Shown here: piece after piece, positions 10,758 to 20,288 of the stretch | Layout of the letters: every line of letters begins with the position of its first letter | Numbering within the stretch: position 1 is the first letter of the stretch | From: Candidatus Heimdallarchaeota archaeon | Lineage (GTDB): Archaea; Asgardarchaeota; Heimdallarchaeia; JABLTI01 | Length of the DNA: 63,040 nt | NCBI GenBank assembly: GCA_019058275.1 | Contig: JAHLVW010000057.1 | Coordinates: forward strand, 1-63,040 | Reading direction: 5' to 3' | Made by a program: the position numbers and the translations under genes | The notes under the pieces: generated by a model | Told to the model about the DNA's origin: nothing | The model's database searches: none | What the model saw: only the letters and a program-made list of their open reading frames with translations

Positions 10758-12215
10758 ATGATAAAATTGTCACAACTTGTTCCAAAAAAAATAGCTGAAA
10801 ATATCTATGAGATTCCAAAAAGCGCTAGAAATTATATGAAAGTGCCTACGAGAATCTTTGCTAATGAGAAAATAATCCGAGCAATGGAACAAAAGATGTT
10901 TACACAAGCAACACATGTTGCATGGTTGCCAGGAATCTATAAGCACTCACTAGTCTTACCTGATGGTCATATGGGCTATGGGTTCCCAATAGGTGGTGTT
11001 GCAGCTACTGATTATGATGAAGGCGTCATTAGTCCTGGTGGTGTAGGTTATGATATTAATTGTGGTGTTCGATTACTACGAACTAATTTGAAGAAAGAAG
11101 ATGTTGTTCCGCAAGCTCATAGATTAACTGAAGAGTTGTTTCGAAATGTACCCTCTGGAGTTGGTTCAAAAGCCAAGATTCGTCTTAATAGATCTGAATT
11201 GAATGAATTGTTAACTGAGGGTGCAAAATATTGTGTAAAAAGAGGACTTGGTTGGGATGAAGATATTGACCATTGTGAAGAAAATGGTGCTTTATCAAAT
11301 GCTGATATCGAAACACTCTCTGACAGAGCAATCCAAAGAGGTATGCCACAAGCAGGTAGTTTAGGTAGTGGTAACCATTTCATAGAAATTCAATATGTAG
11401 ACAAGATTTACGATGACGACTTAGCAAAAGCAATGGGAGTCATTGAACTAGGGCAAGTCGTGGTTATGATTCACACTGGTAGTAGGGGTCTTGGTCATCA
11501 AATTTGCTCTGATTATCTTAGGAATGTTGAACGAGCTATGCACAAGTACAATATTAAGCCCCCTGACAGAGAACTGGCAAGTGTACCAACACAAAGCGTT
11601 GATGGACAAGCATACTTCAATGCTATGGCTTGTGGTGCTAATTTCGCTTGGGGAAACAGACAAATGATCCTGCATTGGGTTAGAGAAACCTTTGAAAAAC
11701 AATTCAAACAATCTGCAGAAGATATGGATATGCATTTGATCTATGATGTCGCTCACAATATAGCAAAGAAGGAAGAGCACACAATCGATGGAAAGAAAAG
11801 AACAGTTATTACTCATCGAAAAGGAGCAACTCGAGCATTTCCAGCTAACCATCCTGATGTCCCTCAAGCATACAAATCAATTGGTCAACCAGTAATACTA
11901 CCAGGTAGCATGGGAACTGCTTCTTATGTTCTAATCGGTCAACCAAATGGAATGGAAGTAAGCTTTGGAAGCACTGCACATGGTGCTGGTAGAGTAATGA
12001 GTAGAAAAGCAGCTCTCAGACGATTCTGGGGTGAAACTATCAGAGATGAGCTAAAGGGTAAAGGTATCACCGTTAAATCAGCTAATCCTAAAATTATTGC
12101 TGAAGAAGCTCCTGGAGTTTACAAAGACATTGACTCTGTAGCTAATGTTAGTGATGCTCTTGGAATTGGTAAAAAAGTCATAAGAGTGAAACCAATAGCT
12201 GTTGTTAAGGGATAA
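10758..12215 (+). CDS. rtcB: RtcB tRNA-splicing RNA ligase
   Basis: PDGHMGYGFPIGG, GYDINCGVR, GSGNHF, HTGSRG, HRKGATRA, STAHGAGR. Confidence 0.97.
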   Translation: MIKLSQLVPKKIAENIYEIPKSARNYMKVPTRIFANEKIIRAMEQKMFTQATHVAWLPGIYKHSLVLPDGHMGYGFPIGGVAATDYDEGVISPGGVGYDINCGVRLLRTNLKKEDVVPQAHRLTEELFRNVPSGVGSKAKIRLNRSELNELLTEGAKYCVKRGLGWDEDIDHCEENGALSNADIETLSDRAIQRGMPQAGSLGSGNHFIEIQYVDKIYDDDLAKAMGVIELGQVVVMIHTGSRGLGHQICSDYLRNVERAMHKYNIKPPDRELASVPTQSVDGQAYFNAMACGANFAWGNRQMILHWVRETFEKQFKQSAEDMDMHLIYDVAHNIAKKEEHTIDGKKRTVITHRKGATRAFPANHPDVPQAYKSIGQPVILPGSMGTASYVLIGQPNGMEVSFGSTAHGAGRVMSRKAALRRFWGETIRDELKGKGITVKSANPKIIAEEAPGVYKDIDSVANVSDALGIGKKVIRVKPIAVVKG

Positions 12216-12322
12216 AACCATTTTTTCCCTATCTTTATCTTTTTTTCCAAATTAGAATTAATAGTAACGTTTATTCTTAACAATAATATTCTCTAACTAT
12301 TTGGAATTCCGGTGTTTTAATA

Positions 12323-12943
12323 ATGTCATATAATTTTTATCCTGCTCCAGTTTACAAATTTGGCTCATATATAGACTACTTCGCTAAAGAAATGGAAAAG
12401 AAGATTCTTGATTGTGGTGCAGGTGGGAAAAAACCTCCTCTAGCAATGTTTAATGAGCTTGGATTTGAAACACATGGCATTGAAATTTCTGATGAGCAAA
12501 TTAAACTCGCAGAGGAATTCATACAAAAAAATAACATGCAAATCGACATTATCAAAGGTGATATAAGAGAGTTGCCTTATGAAGATGAATCTTTCAGCTT
12601 CGTTTATTCCTATAATACAATTTTTCATTTAACAAAGAAGGATATTAAAAAGGCAATAACTGAGGTAAGAAGGGTTTTAAGAAAAGATGGTTTGTTTTTC
12701 GTTAATTTCATGTCAATGGATGATAAATACTATGGTGAAGGAAAAAAGATAGGAAAAGGTGAATTTGTTCTTGTTAATGAAGAAGGACAAGAAAGATATC
12801 GTACCTTCTTCGAGACTCAAGAAGTAAAAGACTACTTTGATGGTTTTGATTTTCTCCTCTTGGAAAATAGACATATTCGCATGCCAACAATATGGAAAGA
12901 TTACGAAGCAAGTTATATTGATTGTATTGTCAAAAGGAAATAA
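12323..12943 (+). CDS. Class I SAM-dependent methyltransferase (paralog 1)
   Basis: ILDCGAGG motif I, GDIRELPYEDESF, VRRVLRKDG. Confidence 0.9.
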   Translation: MSYNFYPAPVYKFGSYIDYFAKEMEKKILDCGAGGKKPPLAMFNELGFETHGIEISDEQIKLAEEFIQKNNMQIDIIKGDIRELPYEDESFSFVYSYNTIFHLTKKDIKKAITEVRRVLRKDGLFFVNFMSMDDKYYGEGKKIGKGEFVLVNEEGQERYRTFFETQEVKDYFDGFDFLLLENRHIRMPTIWKDYEASYIDCIVKRK

Positions 12944-13066
12944 TAAGAAGCTAACATAATCTTCCTTTCTTTCATATTTTGATAATAAATTAGACCTATA
13001 ACAACTTTAATTCTAAATAGCTGATAAGTTACCTTGATTCATTGGGATTAGTTTAGGTGATTTAGT

Positions 13067-13684
13067 ATGCCAGTTATTATTTTTCAAGCACCAGTATATA
13101 AATTTCTTGCACTTATTGATCATCTCGCTAAAGACATGGAAAAGAAGATATTAGATTGTGGAGCAGGTGGAAGAAGACCTCCCTTAGCACTGTTTCATGA
13201 ACATGGATTCAAATCTTATGGAATTGACATCTCAGAAAACCAAATAAGAAGAGCAAATGAGTTTGCACATAACGAAGGTATGCACTTAAACATCATTAGA
13301 GGAGATATGAGAGATCTGCCTTATGAAGATGAGACCTTTAGTTTTGTATATACTTACAATACAATCTTTTATCTAACAAAGAAGGATATCAAAAAAGCAA
13401 TTGATGAAATCAGAAGAGTTCTAAAAGAAGGTGGTCTATTTTACGTCAATTTCATGTCTGTAGAAGATAACATGTATGGAGAAGGTAAAGAACTTGAAAA
13501 AGGAGAATTTCTCCAAATTGAAGGTGGAGAGGAAATTGTTCATACTTTTCTAGAGGACAATGAAATCGATGATTACTTCGATGGTTTTGATTTCGTTCTA
13601 CGTGAAAAAAGGTACGTTCGTATGCCTACCATCTGTAAAGATTATGAAGCATGCTATTTCGATTGCATTGTTCAAAAGAAATGA
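13067..13684 (+). CDS. Class I SAM-dependent methyltransferase (paralog 2, tandem duplicate)
   Basis: ILDCGAGG, GDMRDLPYEDETF; colinear with the upstream gene. Confidence 0.9.
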   Translation: MPVIIFQAPVYKFLALIDHLAKDMEKKILDCGAGGRRPPLALFHEHGFKSYGIDISENQIRRANEFAHNEGMHLNIIRGDMRDLPYEDETFSFVYTYNTIFYLTKKDIKKAIDEIRRVLKEGGLFYVNFMSVEDNMYGEGKELEKGEFLQIEGGEEIVHTFLEDNEIDDYFDGFDFVLREKRYVRMPTICKDYEACYFDCIVQKK

Positions 13685-13755
13685 TTAACTGAAGATACTA
13701 GTTTAGTAGTATTTAATTAAAAGAACATCTCTAATATAATTGGTGTAATTGAAAA

Positions 13756-14505
13756 TTGTCAAATACGCAAACACGTTTTTGTAAATTTTGCGGAGAACAA
13801 GTAGATTTTCTTGCTGAATTTAATGATTACTATTGTCGCTTTTGCCATTCCTATCAAACACATGGCGAATCGATTAGTGTAGGTGGAAAGAAAAGCCCTG
13901 CTTACAATATTGATCCAAACCCTCCTCCAGTAGCTCCACCAGTTTTACCACCTGCATGGCGTGGTAACATTCCGATGTTTAGGCATAGAGAATATTTGGT
14001 TATGCAAGCATTTCTAAGTTGGGGACCTAAATATACTATCTATAATGTTACTGGTCATAAAATGGGCGAAATTAAAGGCAAGATCATTAGCTGGGGTGGT
14101 GAATGGAATTTCTTCGATTTTGAGGGAAGAAAAGTTGCTAATGTTAAAGGAAATCCTACAATTATAACATTCCAGGATAAAAAATTCGACATACGAGATC
14201 ATCAAGGAAGATTCAAAGGAGCTATTAAAGGAAAATATGGTTTTTTAAGAAGAAAATGGGAGCTTTATGATGCAAATGGAAGACTAGTAGGTCGACCTGA
14301 TGAACAAGTATGGATAAAAATGAATTGGCGATTGATTGATCCTCAAGGAAGAATTCTATTAACAGTTGACAAGAAATGGTTTACTTTTAGAGACCAATTT
14401 AGAGTTGTTGTTAGTGAACACATAGATCCTCTAATTGCATTAGCATATGCAGTAGCTATTGATTATATGTACTTTAGAGGGGACAAAAGTAGCAGTAGTT
14501 GGTAA
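13756..14505 (+). CDS. LURP-one/scramblase (Tubby-C-like) family protein with N-terminal Zn ribbon and Pro-rich linker
   Basis: CKFC...CRFC, PNPPPVAPPVLPP, repeated 'I.D..G...G.IK.K' hairpins, C-terminal DPLIALAYAVAIDYMYF helix. Confidence 0.75.
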   Translation: MSNTQTRFCKFCGEQVDFLAEFNDYYCRFCHSYQTHGESISVGGKKSPAYNIDPNPPPVAPPVLPPAWRGNIPMFRHREYLVMQAFLSWGPKYTIYNVTGHKMGEIKGKIISWGGEWNFFDFEGRKVANVKGNPTIITFQDKKFDIRDHQGRFKGAIKGKYGFLRRKWELYDANGRLVGRPDEQVWIKMNWRLIDPQGRILLTVDKKWFTFRDQFRVVVSEHIDPLIALAYAVAIDYMYFRGDKSSSSW

Positions 14506-14614
14506 TAACCAACTCTTTTACTCTTTTTTTTAGAATTAAGTGTTATGCATTCAATTTATTTTTATTAGTAAAAATATTTTTAATGCTGACAACCTTGTCT
14601 GGTAATGAATCTTA

Positions 14615-15973
14615 ATGCTAAGTAAAGATCAGTTTAAACTACTAATGCCAATTAATCTCTTCCACACTATGGCTCATATTTACCCTTATTTCTTACCTAT
14701 TTTGATGCAAGTAATACCAAATGAGGATATCTACATTGATTATACTCGAGTAGGAATTATAGCCATGACAAGCGTTCTTGTTATGATTCCGTTTACAATT
14801 ATAATAGGATTCATAGGAGATAGAATACGCAAATGGCGTCTAGAATTAATTATCATAGGGTATATTCTTGTTTTTTCCCACACATTCATCATTTATGCTG
14901 CCAATAGTTTTGCAGTTTTAATAGTAGCAACAGTAGTGGGTGGAATAGGTGCTTCAGTTTTCCATCCGATAGCTCTTCCATTACTATCACAGGAATTTGG
15001 TGCTGAAAGGAATCTCGCCCATAGTTTTAATTTAATCTTTGGAACAATAGGCGCTATTATAACCCCAATAGCAACAATTGGTCTTTCTGGTTGGTTGGGT
15101 TGGAGAACTGCTACATTAATCCTTGGTATTTTTGGTGCAATGTGTTTTCCAATACTAGTAATTATGTTATTACTTGTTAAGAAATATCAAAAATACAAAC
15201 CAATTGAAGATATAGTTATGGGCGAGAAAGTAATTTTTCATGAAAAGAAAATTAAAAAATCAAATCATAAGAAAAGGTTAGCATTAGGTATTATTACTGC
15301 TCCATTAGTTGTTGTGGTTATAGCCCAAGTGATACGTGCAGGAACCTTTCGAATAATTAACACATTCACATCTTTTATTTTTGAAGATCAATTTGGAGCT
15401 ACAAAATTCAACTCAGCTCTGATAATGGCAATAGTTATAGGTGCAGGGGGAGCTTCGACCTTTATTAGCGGCTTTATTTCACCTCGATTAGGTAGCTTGA
15501 AAACACTCATCATCTCTACTATTGCATCAACTATTGTTGCAGTATTTATAGCTATTTTCATTGGTACTCTTGAGATAAAAAACATCGATCTAAAAACATC
15601 TGCATTTGGTATTGCCTTACTAGTAACTGCAGTAATACTGTTCGTACTTCTCACATCTTCATACTATCCCGGAGATCCAGCAAATAACTCATTACTTGTT
15701 GAAATGATACCTCTAGAAATTTTGAGTTCAGCTAATGGCATCATTTCTGCTCTGATGATTGGTATTTCTTCTATTGCTCCATTACTTTTTGGTTATATTG
15801 TCGATAAGCAGTTTAACTTACCATATCAATACTTGTTACCGATTATTTTGTCAGTAATCCCCTTAGCTCTACTATTTTATGTCAAATCAAAAATTGGTTT
15901 TCAAACACCAGAGCAAGTTGAAAGTGAAAGAGCTATGACATTGTTGAACAATAATTCCAATGAAAAAGAGTAA
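14615..15973 (+). CDS. MFS transporter
   Basis: 12 hydrophobic segments, GFIGDRI, GGIGASVFHP (Fsr-like). Confidence 0.85.
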   Translation: MLSKDQFKLLMPINLFHTMAHIYPYFLPILMQVIPNEDIYIDYTRVGIIAMTSVLVMIPFTIIIGFIGDRIRKWRLELIIIGYILVFSHTFIIYAANSFAVLIVATVVGGIGASVFHPIALPLLSQEFGAERNLAHSFNLIFGTIGAIITPIATIGLSGWLGWRTATLILGIFGAMCFPILVIMLLLVKKYQKYKPIEDIVMGEKVIFHEKKIKKSNHKKRLALGIITAPLVVVVIAQVIRAGTFRIINTFTSFIFEDQFGATKFNSALIMAIVIGAGGASTFISGFISPRLGSLKTLIISTIASTIVAVFIAIFIGTLEIKNIDLKTSAFGIALLVTAVILFVLLTSSYYPGDPANNSLLVEMIPLEILSSANGIISALMIGISSIAPLLFGYIVDKQFNLPYQYLLPIILSVIPLALLFYVKSKIGFQTPEQVESERAMTLLNNNSNEKE

Positions 15974-15979
15974 TTGTTT

Positions 15980-16839
15980 TTATCCTAAATATTCAAACAT
16001 CACTAAACTGCCAGCCATTATGATCATGCCAATAACAACGCCTGCCATTACCAAATTACCTTTCCCATACTCATGAGCTACAGGAATTAATTCATCAATA
16101 GAAATATAGACCATAATACCTGCAACAGCAACTAAACTCACAGCTAAAATCGTTGGATTAAGAAATTTAAATAAAATCGCATACGCAACCAAAGCACCAA
16201 TAGGCTCAGCAATGCCTGAAGCAAATGATAATCCGAAACTCTTCCATTTACTCCCAGTAGCATAAAATATTGGTATTGAGACGCTTATACCTTCAGGAAT
16301 ATTATGAATAGCAATGGCAACTGCAATAGATATCCCAACTGAAATGTCATCTAATGCTGCAGCAAAAGATGCTATACCCTCGGGAAAATTATGTATAGCA
16401 ATTGCGATAGCGGTCACTATCCCCGTTCTTCTTAGATCTTTGTTTTCACCCTCTTCTAGAACTTCTTTGGTACTCGAGCTTCGATAACTTCATCCTTTAC
16501 TATTTCATCTCTACATGCATCCTGTATATCAGAAATAATCTCTTCTTTTCGAGTCATATGATGAGGATTTTTCTCATGAGGTATAAGAAAATCAATGAGA
16601 GCAACAACAGCCATTCCACCAAAAAAAGTAAGATAAAGCCAGTAACTCTTAAGATCTTCAGCAGCTTTAAACATCAACTCCATAAATGAAACCAATATCA
16701 TTACCCCAGCAGAGAGTCCTAGAAAGAATGCTAGGAATGATTTTCTGAATTTCTTAAAGAAGAATGGTACTGCACTACCTATTCCTGTGGATAAACCAGC
16801 GAAAGTTGTTAGGAGGAAAGCTACTAAAACTGTATTCAC
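15980..16839 (-). pseudogene. zupT: ZIP-family zinc transporter ZupT with a one-base frameshift near 16466
   Basis: N-half (LSTGIGS...LSAGVMILVSFME) and C-half (AIAIHNFPEG...AIHNIPEG, AEPIG) are in different frames; adding one A in CCA-AA(A)-GAA joins them. Confidence 0.8.
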
Positions 16840-16975
16840 TTCAAACCTACCCTAAAAGTTCTCAACCTAATAATATATTTTCAAATACAATATACTATTT
16901 GATATACCAATAAAAGATAATTCCCTTTAGTTTTTACCCACAAGGATTTTTATATCTCTAAACCTTAAAAAAGCT

Positions 16976-17476
16976 ATGAACCAAGATAATCAGTTAGTAA
17001 TGAAATTTGTTAAAATTGCTTTCATGGCTTTTGCTGCGGTTTTTAGTTTAGTTGCCACAATCCTCGTCTTTGTTACCGATTTTGGCGGTTGGTGGGAAGG
17101 CGGAGGATCTAACTATTATTTTTGGGTAGGAGCCCCATATGCTCCTGCTTGGGCTCAACTTTTTCTTGTTTTGCTAGGGCTTTTGTTTCTTGCATTATTA
17201 GGAATTTCAGTATTTTTAGGAATTCTTACACTATTAGATAAACAAACAGTCATTGTAAAGATTCTAAGCTTTATTGGTGTTGGTGGAGCAATCGTAGGAT
17301 TTGTCTTAACAGGAATAACAGTTGGAGCATTAGCCATATTTGCATCTGGATATGAATGGTGGTTAGATACTAGTTTCTATAGCTCACTTGTTGGATCTAT
17401 AATAGTTGGTATATTCTACATCCTCTATGCTGTTATGGGAATGGTTATGAAACCATCAGAAACCCCTGCAAAATAA
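16976..17476 (+). CDS. Four-TM membrane protein, hypothetical
   Basis: Four hydrophobic helices. Confidence 0.7.
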   Translation: MNQDNQLVMKFVKIAFMAFAAVFSLVATILVFVTDFGGWWEGGGSNYYFWVGAPYAPAWAQLFLVLLGLLFLALLGISVFLGILTLLDKQTVIVKILSFIGVGGAIVGFVLTGITVGALAIFASGYEWWLDTSFYSSLVGSIIVGIFYILYAVMGMVMKPSETPAK

Positions 17477-17517
17477 AGTAACAAAAATCCATTATAACAA
17501 AATGCAAAAGAAAGTAA

Positions 17518-17539
17518 TAGGATACAGTATTGTATCCTA
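17518..17539. terminator. Perfect 9-bp hairpin between convergent genes
   Basis: TAGGATACA-GTAT-TGTATCCTA. Confidence 0.55.
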
Positions 17540-17541
17540 AT

Positions 17542-18291
17542 TTATTCCTTTTTTATTTTACCAACAGGTGCTACGTAGAGTGATATTTCATCATTCCCAT
17601 CAACACCAATGAAATCGTCTAACAATTTTTGTTGATATGCAACTATAGCACAAGTGCCTGCATTAATTCCTTCACAAGCAAGATAGAGATTCTGACAAAT
17701 ATGACCAACGCTCATGAGAATATCTTTAAAAGAGTCTTCACCATAACGCCATTCTGTACGGTATGGTCTTACACTCCAAATGAAAACAACAGAACCTTTT
17801 CCAATGAATGTTTGACCATTGTTTATTTTCCCCATCTTTTCTGGCATTTCTTTAGGATCCAGTGACTTTAGAAACAGCAACTTGTGTTCTATTGCCAAAT
17901 ACCTGTATAAACCTGATTCGATGCCCTCAACGCGATTTACCACTAGATAGGTTTCAAAAGGATGCATAGCTCCTCCTGAAGGAACAGTTCGAAGGGTTAT
18001 CCGTCCTTCTCTTGCTAATTCTTTAACACCTTGAGTTGTCCAAAGTAAATATGAGAATTCTTCTAAGGTTAATGATTCATCTGTATATTTGCGATGACTA
18101 ATTCGATTTGTTATAGCTTTCAACAATGGAATGTTTCCAACTGTAAAATCATCAGGAGAAACTAAATCTACTAATTTAGCATCTTCAGTATAGGGTTTTT
18201 GAATGGGAGGTAAGGGTAAACCTTTCCTTTGATCTGATTCTTCAGTAATAATTGGATTTTTCAAATGTTTTCTGTATCCCATAGTACTCAA
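17542..18291 (-). CDS. SagB/ThcOx-type nitroreductase family protein
   Basis: NRISHRKY, LLWTTQG, RTVPSGGAMHPFE, GHICQNLYL. Confidence 0.9.
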   Translation of the reverse strand: MSTMGYRKHLKNPIITEESDQRKGLPLPPIQKPYTEDAKLVDLVSPDDFTVGNIPLLKAITNRISHRKYTDESLTLEEFSYLLWTTQGVKELAREGRITLRTVPSGGAMHPFETYLVVNRVEGIESGLYRYLAIEHKLLFLKSLDPKEMPEKMGKINNGQTFIGKGSVVFIWSVRPYRTEWRYGEDSFKDILMSVGHICQNLYLACEGINAGTCAIVAYQQKLLDDFIGVDGNDEISLYVAPVGKIKKE

Positions 18292-18439
18292 ACCAACTTA
18301 AACATAATATCAACTGGATATTAAGTGGTCACTCATTTATAATCAGTTGGAATATTCTGACCAAAGTATTGTCACTTGGAAAACTAGAATAACTGCTATA
18401 TCGAAATGATGAAATCCAATTCCACAAAATTGCTTCTAT

Positions 18440-18661
18440 TTAACTGGTTATTTTTTGCTTCATGTGTTCAACTTCACTTTCTGAATCAGCTAAACCAGTA
18501 AATAACCAATGAGTGTCCGTTTTGCAAACAGCACAGGGATGCCAACTACGAACACGAATTCGCTTTAATTGAAAAATTTCGAAATGCAGTTTACGTTCAT
18601 TATAACAATCATCACAAACATGAATCGAAAATTCAACTTTATCTTCTTTCTTACGGAACAT
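18440..18661 (-). CDS. Small Zn-finger protein
   Basis: CDDC...CAVC, 73 aa. Confidence 0.6.
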   Translation of the reverse strand: MFRKKEDKVEFSIHVCDDCYNERKLHFEIFQLKRIRVRSWHPCAVCKTDTHWLFTGLADSESEVEHMKQKITS

Positions 18662-18871
18662 AATAATAACTAAAGTACTAAATCATTAAAATCTTTCTTA
18701 TAGAAGACTAGATATTCTTTCTTAAGCAGCAAATTATTTATCTGCTTTATATTTCGTTTATTTCACTAGTTTGCAGTTTTCTGTTACATGTTTTAATAAT
18801 TTGGGTGCATATAATGGAAAAGCGAAAGAAAATAGGAATATAATTAATAAAAAAATAAAACAGTAGTGGAT

Positions 18872-19246
18872 TTATTTCCTTCTATTTTTAGATCGAGGTG
18901 AATTTCTGGTGTATGGAGCTAATCTAGCTCTAGTTCGATATTCATAAGGACTTTTTGCTTCATCGAACTCTCGTTGCTTTTTAATTATACGTAATTTTTC
19001 TGCTTCTTTATCAAAATCAATTTTAAGAATATTAAATGAAACTAGTTGATCAGTAACATCAATGACTTTCTTAATTTCAATTGGAACAAGAATTTCACCT
19101 TTGAAGAATTTCTTAACAAGAACCATTGCATGAGGAACAGCTTTCTTAATCCTTTTACCAAGCAAATCATCTATTCGGATAATAGGACCGAGCTTCTTTT
19201 TATTTTTATCAACAGCAGTTTTTCTCAATAATCGTTCATTTGACAT
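18872..19246 (-). CDS. PRC-barrel-like basic protein (paralog of 54141..54521)
   Basis: K.AVDK..KKLG.I.RID...VP...V...... pattern. Confidence 0.55.
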   Translation of the reverse strand: MSNERLLRKTAVDKNKKKLGPIIRIDDLLGKRIKKAVPHAMVLVKKFFKGEILVPIEIKKVIDVTDQLVSFNILKIDFDKEAEKLRIIKKQREFDEAKSPYEYRTRARLAPYTRNSPRSKNRRK

Positions 19247-19320
19247 AAAATCACATTAAAATGCAAGTAGTTTATAATCTTTTAAGGTTTTTAGGTTTTA
19301 CAGGGTAAGTTATTTTTTTT

Positions 19321-20172
19321 CTTCTCACCATAAGTAAACAAGCTGAGAAAAATTTGGGATTGATAGAAGAGATGAAATTACAATATTACTTTGTTACTAA
19401 ATAAGGAGCTGGAAATGAGAAATCTACTATTAAATTCTCAACTTCTTGTTCATCTCCATCATAAAAATAACCTTCAAGACAATCCCACAATAGATTCCAA
19501 TCATCATTAGGATATAATGAAGAATAACTTGGACATCTTCCTTGACAATGTAAACTAGCAACACATAGGCCATTAAGCAGAAAAGTAAAATCTTCTTCCT
19601 TGGATAATTGCCAAACACCTGTTGCTAAGCAATTACCTGCATCATCACCAAAATTGTAGGGTGATACCCAATCCCATTTATCATTTAATTCACTATCTAA
19701 AATTTCCATTTTTAAGGAAAAATCGTCCCACTTATCATTACCATTGGAATCCGAAGCAACAACAATAATAAAATCAAAATCTTTAGGATTGGAAACAGAA
19801 GGTTTGTTAGAATTTTCAATACCCTCATAAAAATACCAATTATCACCAAATCCATTATTGACAATCTCATACATAAAAAATTGATTTGCTTTACCACCAG
19901 TAGAGGGAACATCAACCAAAATGATAAGCTTCTGATCACCCCAATTGAGTCTAGAACAGTTGATAAAAAGCCAAGCATCTTGTTTGATACTATAACCAAT
20001 ATATACTCCTAAACCTATACCTATCCCCCCAAAAACAATAATGTAACTAATAACTATAAAACTGATTGCTCTCCGATTCTTTTGATTCACAACATCCCCT
20101 AAAGAATATTGTAATATAAATATAATAAACATTTCTGAACTCGAAACAATAATTCTCTTCTCACCGTAAGTA
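19321..20172 (+). repeat. 16-bp direct repeats CTTCTCACC(A/G)TAAGTA at 19321-19336 and 20157-20172 flanking one gene
   Basis: 15/16 identity, read directly. Confidence 0.55.
19386..20132 (-). CDS. Membrane-anchored hypothetical protein
   Basis: N-terminal TM, acidic ectodomain; real start probably GTG near 20090 after GGGGA. Confidence 0.65.
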   Translation of the reverse strand: MFIIFILQYSLGDVVNQKNRRAISFIVISYIIVFGGIGIGLGVYIGYSIKQDAWLFINCSRLNWGDQKLIILVDVPSTGGKANQFFMYEIVNNGFGDNWYFYEGIENSNKPSVSNPKDFDFIIVVASDSNGNDKWDDFSLKMEILDSELNDKWDWVSPYNFGDDAGNCLATGVWQLSKEEDFTFLLNGLCVASLHCQGRCPSYSSLYPNDDWNLLWDCLEGYFYDGDEQEVENLIVDFSFPAPYLVTK

Positions 20173-20221
20173 TTTTAAAGAGAAAAAGAGAGAAAAAAAA
20201 TAGTATTCAAATTTTAATCCT

Positions 20222-20249
20222 AGGCCCGTAGCGCAGTCTGGACAGCGCG
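20222..20249 (+). tRNA. Isolated 5' fragment of a tRNA-Arg-like gene (acceptor 5' strand + D arm only)
   Basis: AGGCCCG-TA-GCGC-AGTCTGGACA-GCGC-G; A20 typical of Arg; AGGCCCG pairs with CGGGCCT at 33865-33871. Confidence 0.8.
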
Positions 20250-20288
20250 ATAATAATGACTATACTTTATTGCAAACTTCTAACTGAT

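Noticed and set aside
1214-12215. Inteins in LonB or RtcB, which are common insertion sites in archaea
   Set aside because: Both proteins are normal length with contiguous motifs
20250-20285. Complementarity between the trailer of the tRNA 5' piece and the leader of the 3' piece (trans-splicing)
   Set aside because: Only a weak gapped ~9-nt match (GCAAACTTCT vs AGAAGTTGC); no long helix or BHB as in known split tRNAs
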